From an uncultured Actinomycetota bacterium (GTDB taxonomy: Bacteria > Actinomycetota > Acidimicrobiia > Spongiisociales > UBA4744): a stretch of 64,000 bases of DNA. The DNA is taken from the NCBI GenBank assembly GCA_963715305.1, contig CAVQSB010000014.1, positions 2,994 through 66,993 on the forward strand. Reading direction: 5' to 3'. Below the pieces are notes generated by a model that saw only the letters and a program-made list of their open reading frames with translations, made no database searches and was not told the origin of the DNA. The first letter of the stretch is position 1. Every line of letters begins with the position of its first letter. The translations under genes were made by a program, and so were the position numbers. Below, in pieces: positions 1 through 11,649 of the stretch.

Positions 1-856
1 GTCTACAACGCTTGCCGGAATGCCGCCGGCCTGGTTGCCGACCGAGCCCGAGCACGTCTGGTTACCGCCAAGGTACCCTTCCCGATCGATTCCCCAGAAC
101 AGGTGGTGGCGGCCATCGTCGACCGGGTGAGCCCTCGAACTCGCCTGTTGTTGATTGACCATGTGACCAGCCCGACCGGACTCGTCTTTCCGATCGAAGC
201 GATCGTGCGAGAGATGACCGAGCGCGGCGTCGACACCCTGGTCGACGGAGCCCACGCCCCCGGCATGGTGCCCCTCGATATCGACGCGATCGGAGCCGCC
301 TACTACACCGCCAATGCCCACAAGTGGATGTGCGCCCCCAAGGGCGCCGCCTTCCTGCATGTCCGGCGTGATCGACAAGCCCAGATCCTGCCGACGGTGA
401 TCAGCCATGGCGCGAACTCGTCCCGCCTCGACCGATCGCGATTTCGGCTCCTGTTCGACTGGACCGGCACGATCGACCCGATCTGCCCATCTAGCCATCC
501 CGGCTGCCATCGAAACCATGGACTCTGTCTTGGCGGGAGGCTGGCCCGCATTGATGCTCCACAACCATGAGCTGGCCTTGAAGGCCAGGGACCTTCTGAT
601 CGAGGCGCTCATGATCGACCAACCCGCACCAGATGAGATGCTCGGGTCGATGGCTGCCGTACCCCTGCCCGACTCCTCCGGGGCGCAGCACACCTCCCCT
701 TCTCCCGCCCTCCAAGAGCGGTTGTGGAACCATCACCACATCGAGGTGCCGGTGAGCGTTTGGCCAACATGGCCGCACCTGTTGTTGCGGGTTTCCGCAC
801 AGATCTACAACCGGCTCGCTCAGTACGAACAGCTGGCGGGGCAACTACGGGACTAG
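1..856 (+). CDS. Class V PLP-dependent aminotransferase/lyase (isopenicillin N epimerase / EgtE-like), 5'-truncated by window edge, frameshift near 480
   Basis: DHVTSPTG, VDGAHAPG and NAHKW (PLP lysine) motifs in ORF 103-570. C-terminal RVSAQIYN in ORF 407-856. Confidence 0.8.
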
Positions 857-866
857 GGCCAAGAAC

Positions 867-899
867 CAGCAAAACCCGGGATATTCCCGGGTTTCGCTG
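867..899 (+). terminator. Hairpin after the aminotransferase stop, possible terminator
   Basis: cagcaaaacccggga-tat-tcccgggtttcgctg inverted repeat about 10 nt after the stop. Confidence 0.5.
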
Positions 900-1209
900 C
901 GCCCCCAGAGCGCCCGCCTCCCAAATCGTGGTGGCCGGTCTCTTCTGGAGACCCTGCCGCCTGATCAACCCTACAACCACTCCTAGTGGCCGGGCCAGGC
1001 ACAAATAGGTTCCCGGCATCGGGACTAGTCCCGTGGGTCACTCCCGAACGAGACGGCCGCCGGCCACACGAGCGCCGAGATCTGTTCGCCCTGGGTCCCG
1101 GCCGCAACGTGCAGCGCAGTGGGGACCAAACGGCCGTGACTCGACCAGCGGCGTAGTCTCCAGCCTCTGCCGCCACTGACCAAAACAGACAGGTACCCTG
1201 TCCCAAACT

Positions 1210-2076
1210 ATGAGCCCAACCGAAACCGCGACCGCCACCTTGCTGCTTTCGTGTCGCGACCGGAGAGGTCTGGTGGCTGCGGTGGCCAGCTTCATCTTTG
1301 AGCATGGCGGCAACATCATCCATGCCGATCAGCACACAGACCAGCAAGAGCTCTATTTCCTGCAGCGAGTCGAGTGGCAGCTGGACGGTTTCGGCCTCGA
1401 GAGGAACGCCATTGCCCCGGCCTTCCAGTCGATCGCCGATCGGTTCGACATGAAGTGGCGGCTCAGTTTTTCGGACCGACGCCCGCCGATCGCCATATTC
1501 GTTTCCAGACAAGCCCATTGTCTCTATGACCTCTTGGCCAGAAGCCGGATGGGCGAACTGCGAGCTCAGATCCCGCTGGTCGTGAGCAATCACCGTGATC
1601 TGGAGTCGGTGGCCTCCGACTTCGGGGTGGCTTTCCACTACCTTCCCTTCACGCCCGACCGGCGCGTGCAGCAGGAGGAAGCCGCGTTGGCGCTGCTCGA
1701 GAAACACGACATCGACGTAGTGGTCCTGGCCCGTTACATGCAGGTCCTCTCCCCCGCTCTCGTGAAGCCCTATTCCAACCGGATCATCAACATCCACCAT
1801 TCGTTCTTGCCCGCCTTCGCCGGAGCGAAGCCATACCACCAGGCTCACGAACGCGGCGTCAAGATCATCGGCGCCACGGCGCACTATGTGACCGGAGAAC
1901 TCGACGGCGGGCCGATCATCGAACAAGACGTCACCCGGGTCGGACATCGCGACACCGTCGCAGACCTCGCCCGCAAAGGCCGGGACCTCGAAACGATCGT
2001 GCTGGCCCGCGCGTTGCACCGCCATCTCGAGAACCGCATCGTCGTGTACGGCAACAAGACGGTGATCTTCGACTGA
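1210..2076 (+). CDS. purU: Formyltetrahydrofolate deformylase
   Basis: N-terminal ACT domain (SCRDRRGLVAAV), LARYMQVLS, INIHHSFLPAFAGAKPYHQA, IGATAHYVT..LDGGPIIEQD. Confidence 0.95.
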   Translation: MSPTETATATLLLSCRDRRGLVAAVASFIFEHGGNIIHADQHTDQQELYFLQRVEWQLDGFGLERNAIAPAFQSIADRFDMKWRLSFSDRRPPIAIFVSRQAHCLYDLLARSRMGELRAQIPLVVSNHRDLESVASDFGVAFHYLPFTPDRRVQQEEAALALLEKHDIDVVVLARYMQVLSPALVKPYSNRIINIHHSFLPAFAGAKPYHQAHERGVKIIGATAHYVTGELDGGPIIEQDVTRVGHRDTVADLARKGRDLETIVLARALHRHLENRIVVYGNKTVIFD

Positions 2077-2175
2077 TACCACGCGTCGGCCATCTGCTCG
2101 GCTACCCCATCCGGCACAATCGCAGACCGCTGAGCTCCCACGCGAACTACGCTGATTCAAGCAAAGAGGAGGACC

Positions 2176-3151
2176 ATGACCTCAACCGATGCATCACAGA
2201 TAACCTCGGTTCGTCTTGCGGTGACGACCGCTCTCATCGATGGGGACCCGGCCGGTGCCTTTCACATGGTGCAAGGCATGATGGAGCAAGGCGTCCCCTT
2301 CGACGTGGTGCTCTTCGACATCGTGGCAGCCGCTCAGGCCGACTTCGGGACACGCTGGAAGGACGGCGACTACCGCATCGCCGACGAACATGCCGCCTCG
2401 GGGGCGGTCGAGACCCTGGTCGCGATGCTGGCCGGATCGTTCGACCTCCCGGACGACGGTGACTTCGTCGTGTTGGCCGCTGCCCAGGGTGACTATCACT
2501 CCCTCCCGCTCCGACTGGCCTCGGCCTATCTACTTTCTCTCGGGTATCGGGTGCGCTTCTTGGGAGCGAACATGGACGCGGCCGATCTAGCCGGGTACCT
2601 CACCGAGGAACCCCCCGAAGCGCTGCTCCTCTCTTGCGCTATGACGATGCTGTTGCCGGGTGCCCGGGCCTGCATCAGCGCAGCCCACGGAGCCGGTACT
2701 CCGGTCCTCGCCGGTGGAAGCGGATTCGGGCCGGACGGGGTCTGGGCCTACGCGGTCGGCGCGGACGCCTGGGTGGCCTCACCGCGTGAAGTCGAGGAAG
2801 TGCTGACATCGTGGGAACCGAACATCGAGGTTGCCGAAATGGCCGTACCCGTCCCACCGGCCGAACTGGATATCGATATCCCGCCACCGTCAGGAGATCC
2901 TGGCCGCGGCCGGAACACAACTCGGTGGTCTAACGCACCGCCTGCAAGACGAGCTGGTTCTCCTGTTGAGCGCGGTTGAGGCCGCCCTTCTGGTAGACGA
3001 CCGGTCGGTCATCAACGGGTTCACCGCTTGGCAGGCCTCGGTCCTGACTTCCCACGGCTTTGCCGATGACATGGCGGCGCAACTCGGCAGAGGCCTGGCG
3101 GCGGCCCTGCAGGCATTCGCTCCAGAAGCAGCCGAACTGCTGACCCTTTGA
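2176..3151 (+). CDS. Cobalamin (B12)-binding domain protein, frameshift near 2880
   Basis: B12-binding_2 cap (W..G...IADEH.AS), then GDYHSLP, FLGA and LAGGSGF Rossmann motifs. SD gaggagg upstream. Confidence 0.75.
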
Positions 3152-3207
3152 GCGTGGATCCCGACCAGGGTCCACCCCGCCCACCCTCGTCGCTCTAGCC
3201 TCCGACC

Positions 3208-3731
3208 GTGACTGACTTCGACCTGACCATCGTTTCGACCGGCGGGACCATCGAGAAGACCTACGAAGCTGCGTCGGGTTCGCTCTCCAACCGGGAGACG
3301 GTGCTTGACCACATGCTGGCGCAGTTGCGGATTCCCGATCTGCAGATCACCCGGCTGCGGCTCATGAACAAAGACAGCCTCGAGATGACCAAGCCGAAGA
3401 TCACGTACTCATCGCCCGGTCCGCCCATGAAGCTGCGCGGAACTGCGACGGCGTGATGGTCGTGCACGGTACCGACCGGTTGGCCGAAAGCGGCGAAACC
3501 ACCCGGGCGATGGGAATACCGGCGACCCCGATCGTCTTCACGGGAGCCATGCGACCCTTCGAGCTGCGCGACACCGACGCCCTGCAGAACCTCACCGAGG
3601 CGCTGCTGGCGGTGCGCCTTCTGGATCCGGGGGTCTATGTAGCTATGCACAACCGCGTCCTGACCTTTCCGGGCGTCGTCAAAGACCGCACGGTGGGCAC
3701 GTTCGTGAAGCCGGACCAATCGGCTGGCTAG
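3208..3731 (+). CDS. Short type I asparaginase-like protein (frameshifted)
   Basis: STGGTIEK, NKDSLEM, VVHGTD and FTGAMRP motifs across ORFs 3208-3456 and 3453-3731. Confidence 0.8.
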
Positions 3732-3741
3732 GGTCGTTGCC

Positions 3742-4371
3742 ATGACCACCATTCAGCGTCTCACCGACTCGTGTCTCGTTGTGACCACCGACGCGGGTGC
3801 CACGCTCTTCGATCCCGGGTTCCACACGTTTCAATCCAAAGAGATCGACCTCGACTCGATCGGTGACATCACCCGGGTGCTCATCACTCATGAGCACGGG
3901 GATCACGTCAACGCCGAATTCGTGCAATGGTTGATCGACCGTCGATCCGACCTGGCCGTGTACTCCAATGACGCTGTTGCCGAGTTCCTGGATGGGTATG
4001 GCATCGAGGTGGTGACCACCAACCCGGCCGGAGTCACCTCAGAGGACGTCCTTCACGAGACGATCCCCACGGGGCACAACCCCCCAACCGGGCCTACACC
4101 ATCGAAGGCGTGCTCACCCACCCCGGCGATAGCTACCAGCCGATCGGTATCCGCGCCGATCCTCGCCCTGCCGCTCTTGATCCCCTGGGGGTCGACGACG
4201 AGATCCATCGAGTTCGCTCGTCGGTTGTCCCCGCACCAGGTGATCCCCATCCACGACTTCTATCTCAACGAAGGTGGCCGTAGTTTCATCTACAACCTGG
4301 CGACGAACGTGCTGGCCAAATCGGACATCGAGGTCATCGCCCTCAACTGGGGCGAAACGGTCACCGTCTAG
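3742..4371 (+). CDS. MBL-fold metallo-hydrolase (UlaG-like)
   Basis: DPG, THEHGDH and IPIHD motifs; probable compensating indels at 4070-4140. Confidence 0.8.
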   Translation: MTTIQRLTDSCLVVTTDAGATLFDPGFHTFQSKEIDLDSIGDITRVLITHEHGDHVNAEFVQWLIDRRSDLAVYSNDAVAEFLDGYGIEVVTTNPAGVTSEDVLHETIPTGHNPPTGPTPSKACSPTPAIATSRSVSAPILALPLLIPWGSTTRSIEFARRLSPHQVIPIHDFYLNEGGRSFIYNLATNVLAKSDIEVIALNWGETVTV

Positions 4372-4434
4372 CAAGAAGACTCTCCGCCTCGCCGACACGG
4401 ATTCTGTCTCGAACCCGCGTAGGGTGAGAGCAAC

Positions 4435-6049
4435 ATGACAACCACCAAGAACACCCCGACCCGGGTGGTCCTCGGCGACGAGGCGGTGGCACTCGGTGCT
4501 CTCCATGCCGGCATCTCCGCCGCCTACGGTTATCCGGGAACGCCGTCAACCGAGATCCTCGAATACCTGCTCCGCTCGCCCGACCCCGGGCTCGACGGTG
4601 GCCTGGTGCGCGAACGAGAAAACGGCGTACGAAGCTGCCGTCGGGGTGTCGATGGTCGGGCGGCGGGCGCTGGTGACCATGAAGCATGTCGGTCTCAACG
4701 TGGCCGCCGACCCCTTCATCAACTCGGCGCTCGTCGAGATCAGCCGGCGGCCTCGTGGTGGCCGTGGCCGACGACCCCGGCATGCACTCCTCCCAGAACG
4801 AACAGGACTCCCGGTACTACGCCGACTTCGCCCGCATCCTGTGCCTGGAACCGGCCGATCAGCAGCAGGCCTACGACATGACGCGTGAGGCGTTCGATCT
4901 CTCCGAGCGGTTCCACCTGCCCGGTGATGATCCGACTCGTGACCCGGCTGGCCCACAGCCGCTCGGTGGTGACGCCGACCCGCACCCTCCATCGAGATTG
5001 CCGCTCGGCGAATCTGCCCGACGGATCCAACTGGACGCTGCTGCCCGCCAATGCGCCGGCGCCGGTATGCCGACCTGCTCCAACGACAACCGGCGCTCCT
5101 GGCTCACAGCGAGAGCGTCGGCAGAGTTGCACCTCGGCGTCCACGGGGCCTGGGGGTGATCACCACCGGGATCGCCCGCAACTACTACCTCGAGCACCTC
5201 GCCGATATCCCGGATAGCACCGTCACATCTCCATATCGGTACCTATCCGATTCCCGTCGACGCGGTGCGGAAGCTTGCAGATCATGTCGATCGGATCGTG
5301 GTCTTCGAGGACGGGTATCCGTTCGTCGAACGGTTGCTTGCGCGGATTGCTCCCCGGACCGATACCCATCGACGGGAAACTCAACGGGGTCGTACCCGAC
5401 AGCGGCGAACTCGACCCCGACGTGGTCCGCGCAGCCCTCGACTTGCCGGATCAACGCCCGGTTCTTCCCCCGGCTCGACCTTGCTTCACGACCTCCCCAG
5501 CTGTGTCGGGGGTGCCCCCATGCCGACAGTTTCAACGCCCTCATCGATGCCATGGTCGAGATGGAAGGACCGCTGGTTTGTTCCGATATCGGCTGCTACA
5601 CGCTCGGCGCCCTCCCCCCGTATCAGGCCATCGGGTCGTGTGTCTGCATGGGCGCTGTCCATCGGTATGGCCCGCGGAGCCGCCGATGCCGGATACCGGC
5701 CGGCGATCGCCGTCATCGGCGACTCGACGTTCCTTCATTCGGGAATGACCCCGCTGCTCGACGCCGTGGCCGCCGACACCGACCTGACGGTCCTCATTCT
5801 CGACAATCACACCGTGGCCATGACGGGCGCCCAGCCGACCCTGGTTCCCTCGGAACGCCTCCCCGAAATCATCCGAGGCCTCGGGGTCGACCCGGACCAC
5901 CTGCATGTGCTGAGAGCCAGCCGCAAGAGGTGAAGCCGACCTGATTGCCACCATAAGCAGACGAACTGGAACATCCGGGGTTGTCTGTGGTGATCGCCGA
6001 GCGGGAGTGCATCGAAGCCGTGAAGCGGGACCGGCGGGAGCGAACGTGA
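4435..6049 (+). CDS. iorA: Indolepyruvate:ferredoxin oxidoreductase alpha subunit, multiply frameshifted
   Basis: [91 protein letters not shown] in successive frames. Confidence 0.85.
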
Positions 6050-6622
6050 AACTGGACATCATCCTGGCCGGGGTCGGCGGCCAGGGGGTTCTGTCGGTCT
6101 CGGCGGTGATCGCCGGAGCAACAGCCCGTTTGGGATGGAATGTCAAACAGTCAGAAGTGCACGGTATGGCGCAGCGGGGCGGGCGCGGTGCTCGCCCATT
6201 TGCGTATGGCCGACGAACCGGTATTCAGCGATCTCATCCCGCGTGGCTCGGCCGATCTCATCCTCTCGCTCGAACCGATGGAAAGCCTCCGTTATCTCGA
6301 GTATCTGCATCCCGACGGCACGATCGCCACCGATATCGAACCGGTTCGCAATATCGACGATTACCCCGACCTCGAAGTTCTCCTGGAGACGATCCGCACA
6401 ACGGGAAAGAGCATCCTGGTGGATGCCACGTCCCTTGCCAGGCAGGCCGGCAACGTCAAAGCAGCGAACATGGTGATGGTGGGAGCGGTCGCCCACCTCC
6501 TCCCCGTCACCGAAGCCGCCCTCTTGTCCGAGGTTCAGACTTCGTTTGGCCGGTTGGGCGAAAAAGTCCTCGCCGCCAACCTGGAAGCCTTCCGGCTGGG
6601 GCGTTCGGTTGGAGTCTCCTGA
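6046..6622 (+). CDS. iorB: Indolepyruvate:ferredoxin oxidoreductase beta subunit, frameshift near 6180
   Basis: IILAGVGGQG, SEVHGMAQRGG.V, LEPMESLR, ANMVMVGA, NLEAF..G. GTG start overlaps the iorA stop. Confidence 0.85.
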
Positions 6623-6641
6623 CCGAAGCGGCCACCAGGTC

Positions 6642-9378
6642 TCAGCCGGTGTTGCGCATCCCGGCGGCGATTCCGTTGACCGTCAGCAACAGAGCCCGCT
6701 CCAGTGCTTCGTCGTTCTCCCCAGCCCGCCTTCGGGCCAGTAGGGCCACCTGGAGGAAATTGAGCGGATCGAGGTAGTAGTCACGAACGGCCAGCGTTCG
6801 CTGCAAGATGGGCAGCCGGTCGAGGACGCCCGATCCCGTCAACCGTTCTATCTCCGTGACGGTCAGGTCGTGCTCCTCGCGAATCCGGTCGAAGAGGTGG
6901 TGATGCTGGGGATCGACGAGTTGCCGGACGTAGCGTGAGGCGACCTCGAGATCCGTCTTGGTCAGCGTCATCTCGATGTTGGAGATGAACGTCTGCAAGA
7001 AACGCCACTTCTCGAACATCTCTTCGAGCACCTCCCCCCGGCCCTGCGAGCGGACGGCCGCCAAACCGGAACCCACCCCGTACCAACCGGGAATGATCTG
7101 ACGGGACTGGGTCCAACCGAACACCCAGGGGATCGCCCGGAGATCATCCAGTCCCGCCCCTCCGCCGGGGCGCCGGGAAGGACGTGAGCCGATGTTCATG
7201 TCGGCCAGCTCCTCCACCGGCGTGGCCGCCAGGAAGTAGGGAACCAACCCGGGCGCCTCGACCAGGGCCCGGTAGGCGCTATACGCTGCGTCCGAGAAGG
7301 CTCCCATGGTGTCCGTCCACCGGTCCAGGACGTCCTTGGTTTGGCGGGATTTCCTGTGCAGGAGCGAAGCTTCCAGCACGGACGAGAGGGCCAGCTCGAG
7401 GTTGCGGTGGGCGAGACCGGGCAATCCGTACTTGTCGGAAATGACTTCGCCCTGTTCGGTCACCTTGATCGGACCGTCGACGGTCCCGAAGGGTTGCGCC
7501 AGGATGGCCTGGTGGGTTGGACCGCCGCCCCGTCCAAGGGTTCCCCCACGCCCGTGGAATAGGCGCAGGGTCACTCCGTGCTGTTGAGCAGCGGATCGGA
7601 GCAGTCGCTGGGCCTTGTAGATCTCCCATTGCGAGGTTGTTATCCCGCCGATCTTGTTGGAATCGGAGTAACCCAGCATGCACTTCCTGGACGTTACCTC
7701 GCAGCTCGACGATCTGGCGGTAGGGGGCACAACCCAGCAGCCCGTCGAGGAGCTCGCCGGCCCGGCGCAACTCGTCGATGGTTTCGAACAGCGGAACGAA
7801 ACCGATCCGGGCAATCCCGCCGTGCAGATCGATGAGGCCGGCATCTCTCGCCAGCACCGCCGGCGCCAGCACATCATCGACACCGCGCGTCATCGAAACG
7901 ACGTACGACTCGATCGCACCGGAACCGAACCGGTCCAGAGCCTCCCGAATGGCGACGAAGGTCCCGAACGTGTCGGCCTCAGCATCATCGAGAACCGCCG
8001 TCGGCGAAGCCAACGGCCTCCGGTTGGCCAGCTCTTCGGTGAGGAGGGCCGCACGGGCGGTCCGGTCCAGCGAGTCGTACCGGACCCCGACGCGTTCGTG
8101 GAGCTGCTCCAACACAGCGTGATGGCGGTCGGCGTGTTCTCTGATGTCCATGGTGGCCAGGTGGAACCCGAAGATGGTCACGTTCCGCATGAGCCGCAAC
8201 AGAACACCGTCGCCGATGAGCCGCCCGGCATTGGCATGCAGCGAACGTTGCATGACCCGCAGTTCGTCGAGCAGCTCCCCGCTGGACCGGTAGTCCTGGC
8301 CGGGCGCATGTCGGACATCGTGTGCAAAGCGATGGCGGGTGTTGAGCAGGCGTTGGTGGATGAAGGCACACTTGAGCCGGTATGGCTCATCCCGGTTGAG
8401 TGTGTGGAAGCGCTGCCACACATCCGGCAGGGCTTGACGATCTTCGGCCAGGGACTCAGCAAGCTCATCAGTGACGTGCCGCAGACGGGAGGAGGTGGAC
8501 AGCTCTTCGGCCAGTTCCTCCACCTGGGTCACCAGATTGCGGAGGCCGTGATCGTGTTGCACCTCGAGCACCCGCATGGTCACCGCCGGCGTCACCGATG
8601 GGTTACCGTCGCGGTCTCCTCCCACCCAGGTGCCGAAACGGAAAGGGGTTCGGTCGGAAGCACCGTCGAGACCCAGCCGCTCGAGGTTGACGGCTACTTC
8701 TTCGGCCAGCGCCGGGAGGACCTGATTGGCGAGTTGATCCAGATAGAAGATTGCTGATCGAGCCTCGTCGATCGGTTCCGGTCGCTCGGCCCGGAGCTCG
8801 TCGGTCTGCCAGATTTGATCGATGATCTCAGCCACTCGTCGGTCGATACCGGCCTGTTCGGCCGCCGTAGCCCGCACGTCGGCCCGCTCGAGCAGAAGAT
8901 CGGCGATCCTCCCCAGTTTGGTGAGCAGCGTGCGCCGCACCGCTTCGGTCGGATGGGCCGTGAAGACGGGTCGCAGCTCGAGGCGCTCGAGCACCGACTC
9001 CACGAGATCGAGACCCAGACCGGCTGCCGCAACTCGATCGGCTGTCGCAGCAAACGTACGTCCTTCATCGGCCATGGCCAGATCGCCGATGCGGTGCGTC
9101 TGTTCGGCAACGTTGGCCAGATAGAAGTACGCCGAGAACGCCCGGACCAGATTGATAGCTTGCTCCAGCCCAAGTTCCGCGAGCACCCCGTCCAAGCGCT
9201 GCCCGGCGGCGGCATCACCATCCGTGCGAATCGCCTTGGTAAGGGCCCGGACCTCCTCGACCAACTCGAGCAGCCCGCTTCCCTCCTGGCGGGTCAGCGC
9301 ATCGCCCAGCTGGTTGCCGAGACGGCGGATATCGGCCCGGAGTCGATCGTCGCGAAGGCTTGGAGGAATAGGTTCCAT
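6642..9378 (-). CDS. ppc: Phosphoenolpyruvate carboxylase, frameshift near 7680
   Basis: [81 protein letters not shown]. Confidence 0.95.
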
Positions 9379-9456
9379 TGGGCCGGAGGCTAATCACCAT
9401 CGGCGGAGGAAACTCCCACCTGCATAATCCATTACGCTCGGAGCGAGGAGGTGACT

Positions 9457-9747
9457 ATGCGCAAATGGATGGCAGGTCTGCTGATCGTGGTGGCGCTCTC
9501 GGCCTGCGCCCCCGGGACCGACGAGTACAGCGCCGACGATCCGGCCGGTTTCTTCAGCGGGATCTGGCACGGTTGGATTGCTCCGGTCACCCTGATCGTG
9601 CAGGTCTTCAACGACGAGGTCCGCATCTACGAACCCGACAACACCGGACTCGCCTACGACTTCGGTTTTTACATGGCGGTCATCGCCGGATTTGGTTCTT
9701 TGAGCCTCGTGCGTCGCAAGGACAAGAAGCGTCGCCGTCCGGGATAG
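9457..9747 (+). CDS. Small membrane lipoprotein, hypothetical
   Basis: SD gaggagg, lipobox LSAC, motif PAGFFSGIWHG...YDFGF. Confidence 0.7.
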   Translation: MRKWMAGLLIVVALSACAPGTDEYSADDPAGFFSGIWHGWIAPVTLIVQVFNDEVRIYEPDNTGLAYDFGFYMAVIAGFGSLSLVRRKDKKRRRPG

Positions 9748-9792
9748 CCCAGGTCCGTCAAGGCGCGTCTGCATGCGGTCGATACCAATGCG

Positions 9793-10653
9793 GTGACCTT
9801 TCCCCGTGACCGACGATCCCCCGGAATACCGCGCTGGACCCTGGCAGTCCTGGCCGCATGCGTCCTGGCCAATACGGCGATCGATCTGGTGCTGGCCACC
9901 GTTGAATACCTATCCTGGGAGGAGTTCTATCCCACCCGGGGTCTCAATGTTGTCAACGTCCTGGGTTCGCTCGGCAACCATCTGTGGTTCACCGTGCGGC
10001 AGGGATGGATATGGGCTCTCATCGTGGGAGTCGGCTATCTGTTGGCGCGTCGGGGTCGGCGGTGGCTGTTTGCGTTCCCGGCGTTGGCCTTGGTTCTCGC
10101 TCCCCTTCTGGTCGGCCTCATACGTGGGCTCCCGGTGCCTTTGACCCCTGAATTCGGTACGTACGCCTGGTCGGCGCAGGAGCTCGACATCTGGGTGAGC
10201 TGGCTGATTTCGGCAGTCCGGACGTCGCTGTTCCTCATCCCCGGTTTCGTGGTCGTCCGTTACGCCGAGCGGGAACGCAACCCCTTTCAGATCCCGGCCC
10301 TGCTCCTTGTTGCCGTTCCGGCGTTGGTCGCCGGATACCTCGGGGTCCTGATCGTCTCACCGACCGGTCGGATTCAGGACAGCGGGGTCGAGTTGTTCAT
10401 CGCAGCTTTCTTCTTTGGTGCCGCGATGGGTTTCGACCGGCCGTTCTGGCCCTGGTTATTGGTGGCAGCTCCCGGTCTGCTCGAGGGGCTCCCGAGCTTG
10501 TTGTATTTCGGCGGAGGAAACGAAATGGTGGTGACCCTGCTGATCGCCATACTCGGTGCGTCCAGTGTGCCGTTCTCCCGGATCCTGTACAGGGGGTGGC
10601 AGGAGAACGCCGCTCCCGGTTCGCCCCAGGGGGCCGATTCGCCGGTGGCTTGA
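9793..10653 (+). CDS. Multi-pass membrane protein, hypothetical
   Basis: 286-aa ORF with about 8 hydrophobic segments. Confidence 0.65.
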   Translation: MTFPRDRRSPGIPRWTLAVLAACVLANTAIDLVLATVEYLSWEEFYPTRGLNVVNVLGSLGNHLWFTVRQGWIWALIVGVGYLLARRGRRWLFAFPALALVLAPLLVGLIRGLPVPLTPEFGTYAWSAQELDIWVSWLISAVRTSLFLIPGFVVVRYAERERNPFQIPALLLVAVPALVAGYLGVLIVSPTGRIQDSGVELFIAAFFFGAAMGFDRPFWPWLLVAAPGLLEGLPSLLYFGGGNEMVVTLLIAILGASSVPFSRILYRGWQENAAPGSPQGADSPVA

Positions 10654-10725
10654 AGGCCACAGTCGCACAGGCCCCATCTGGGTGCGGGCCAGGGCAGCAT
10701 CCGGTCCCTCGGCTAGATTCCGCCC

Positions 10726-11492
10726 ATGCGAGTGATGGTCACAGGTGGGCGGGGCACGCTCGGGAAGTTGCTCCTCCCCCGGCTGCCGGCGGCCGGGCAC
10801 GAAGTCGTCATCACCTCGCGATCGGACCATCCGGCGGAATCAGGCCTTGAACGGCGTCGGCTGGATCTCGCTCACCCCGAAGTAACCCCGGAAATCTTCG
10901 ACGGCATAGGCACGATCATTCACGCCGCCAGCAACCCGGCCCGACCGGCTACGGTTGACGTGCGCGGTACGGCCCTTCTGACCGAGGCGGCGGCGCAGGC
11001 AGGCGTCGAGCATCTGATCTATCCATCGATTGTCGGTGTGGATGATCACCTCTTCTTCTACTACCGGGCGAAAGTGGCGGCGGAACAAGAGATCGAACAG
11101 GGCCGGGTGCCGCACACGATTGTGCGAGCGACCCAGTTCCACGAGTTCCTCGATCGGATCTTCTCGACCGGCCCGTTCATCACGGTCTTCCCGGGATTCT
11201 CCTTTCAGGTCATCGACGGCGGATACGTGGCGGATCGGCTGGTTGAGTCGGTGGCGGCCGGCCCGCAAGGCCGGGTCGCCGATCTGGGTGGACCCCATCC
11301 AGAACGAATGCGGCGCATGGCTGCCACCTGGAAGGCAGCCTCCGGATCGCGCCGGCCGTGGTCCCGGTGCCGGTGGTGGGGAAGACCGCTGCCGCCTTCC
11401 GACGGAACCAACACCACACTCCCAACCGGGCGACCGGCACCCCGACGTGGGACACGTGGCTCGACCACCACTATCGCTCCGGCGACCGATGA
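10726..11492 (+). CDS. NAD(P)H-binding atypical SDR (NmrA-like), frameshift near 11360
   Basis: VTGGRGTLG, SIVGVD, YYRAK..AE, RATQFHE. Confidence 0.85.
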
Positions 11493-11649
11493 ACAGAAAC
11501 TCCGCCTTGCTCGCCTGAACCGGTGTATGTTGTTTCTACGGCCGGAAACGTAGGTCCTTCTGGGCTGGATCACCTGAGGTCGAGAGCCGGTCCGCCAGGA
11601 CCGCCTCGAGGAAGTCCCATCGGCGGAAACGTCTGTGGGACTTCCCGCG

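Noticed and set aside
857-1209. ZTP (pfl) riboswitch upstream of purU
   Set aside because: Only a partial cgtgact match; the conserved GACTGGCG and CGCCTGGGC elements were not found.
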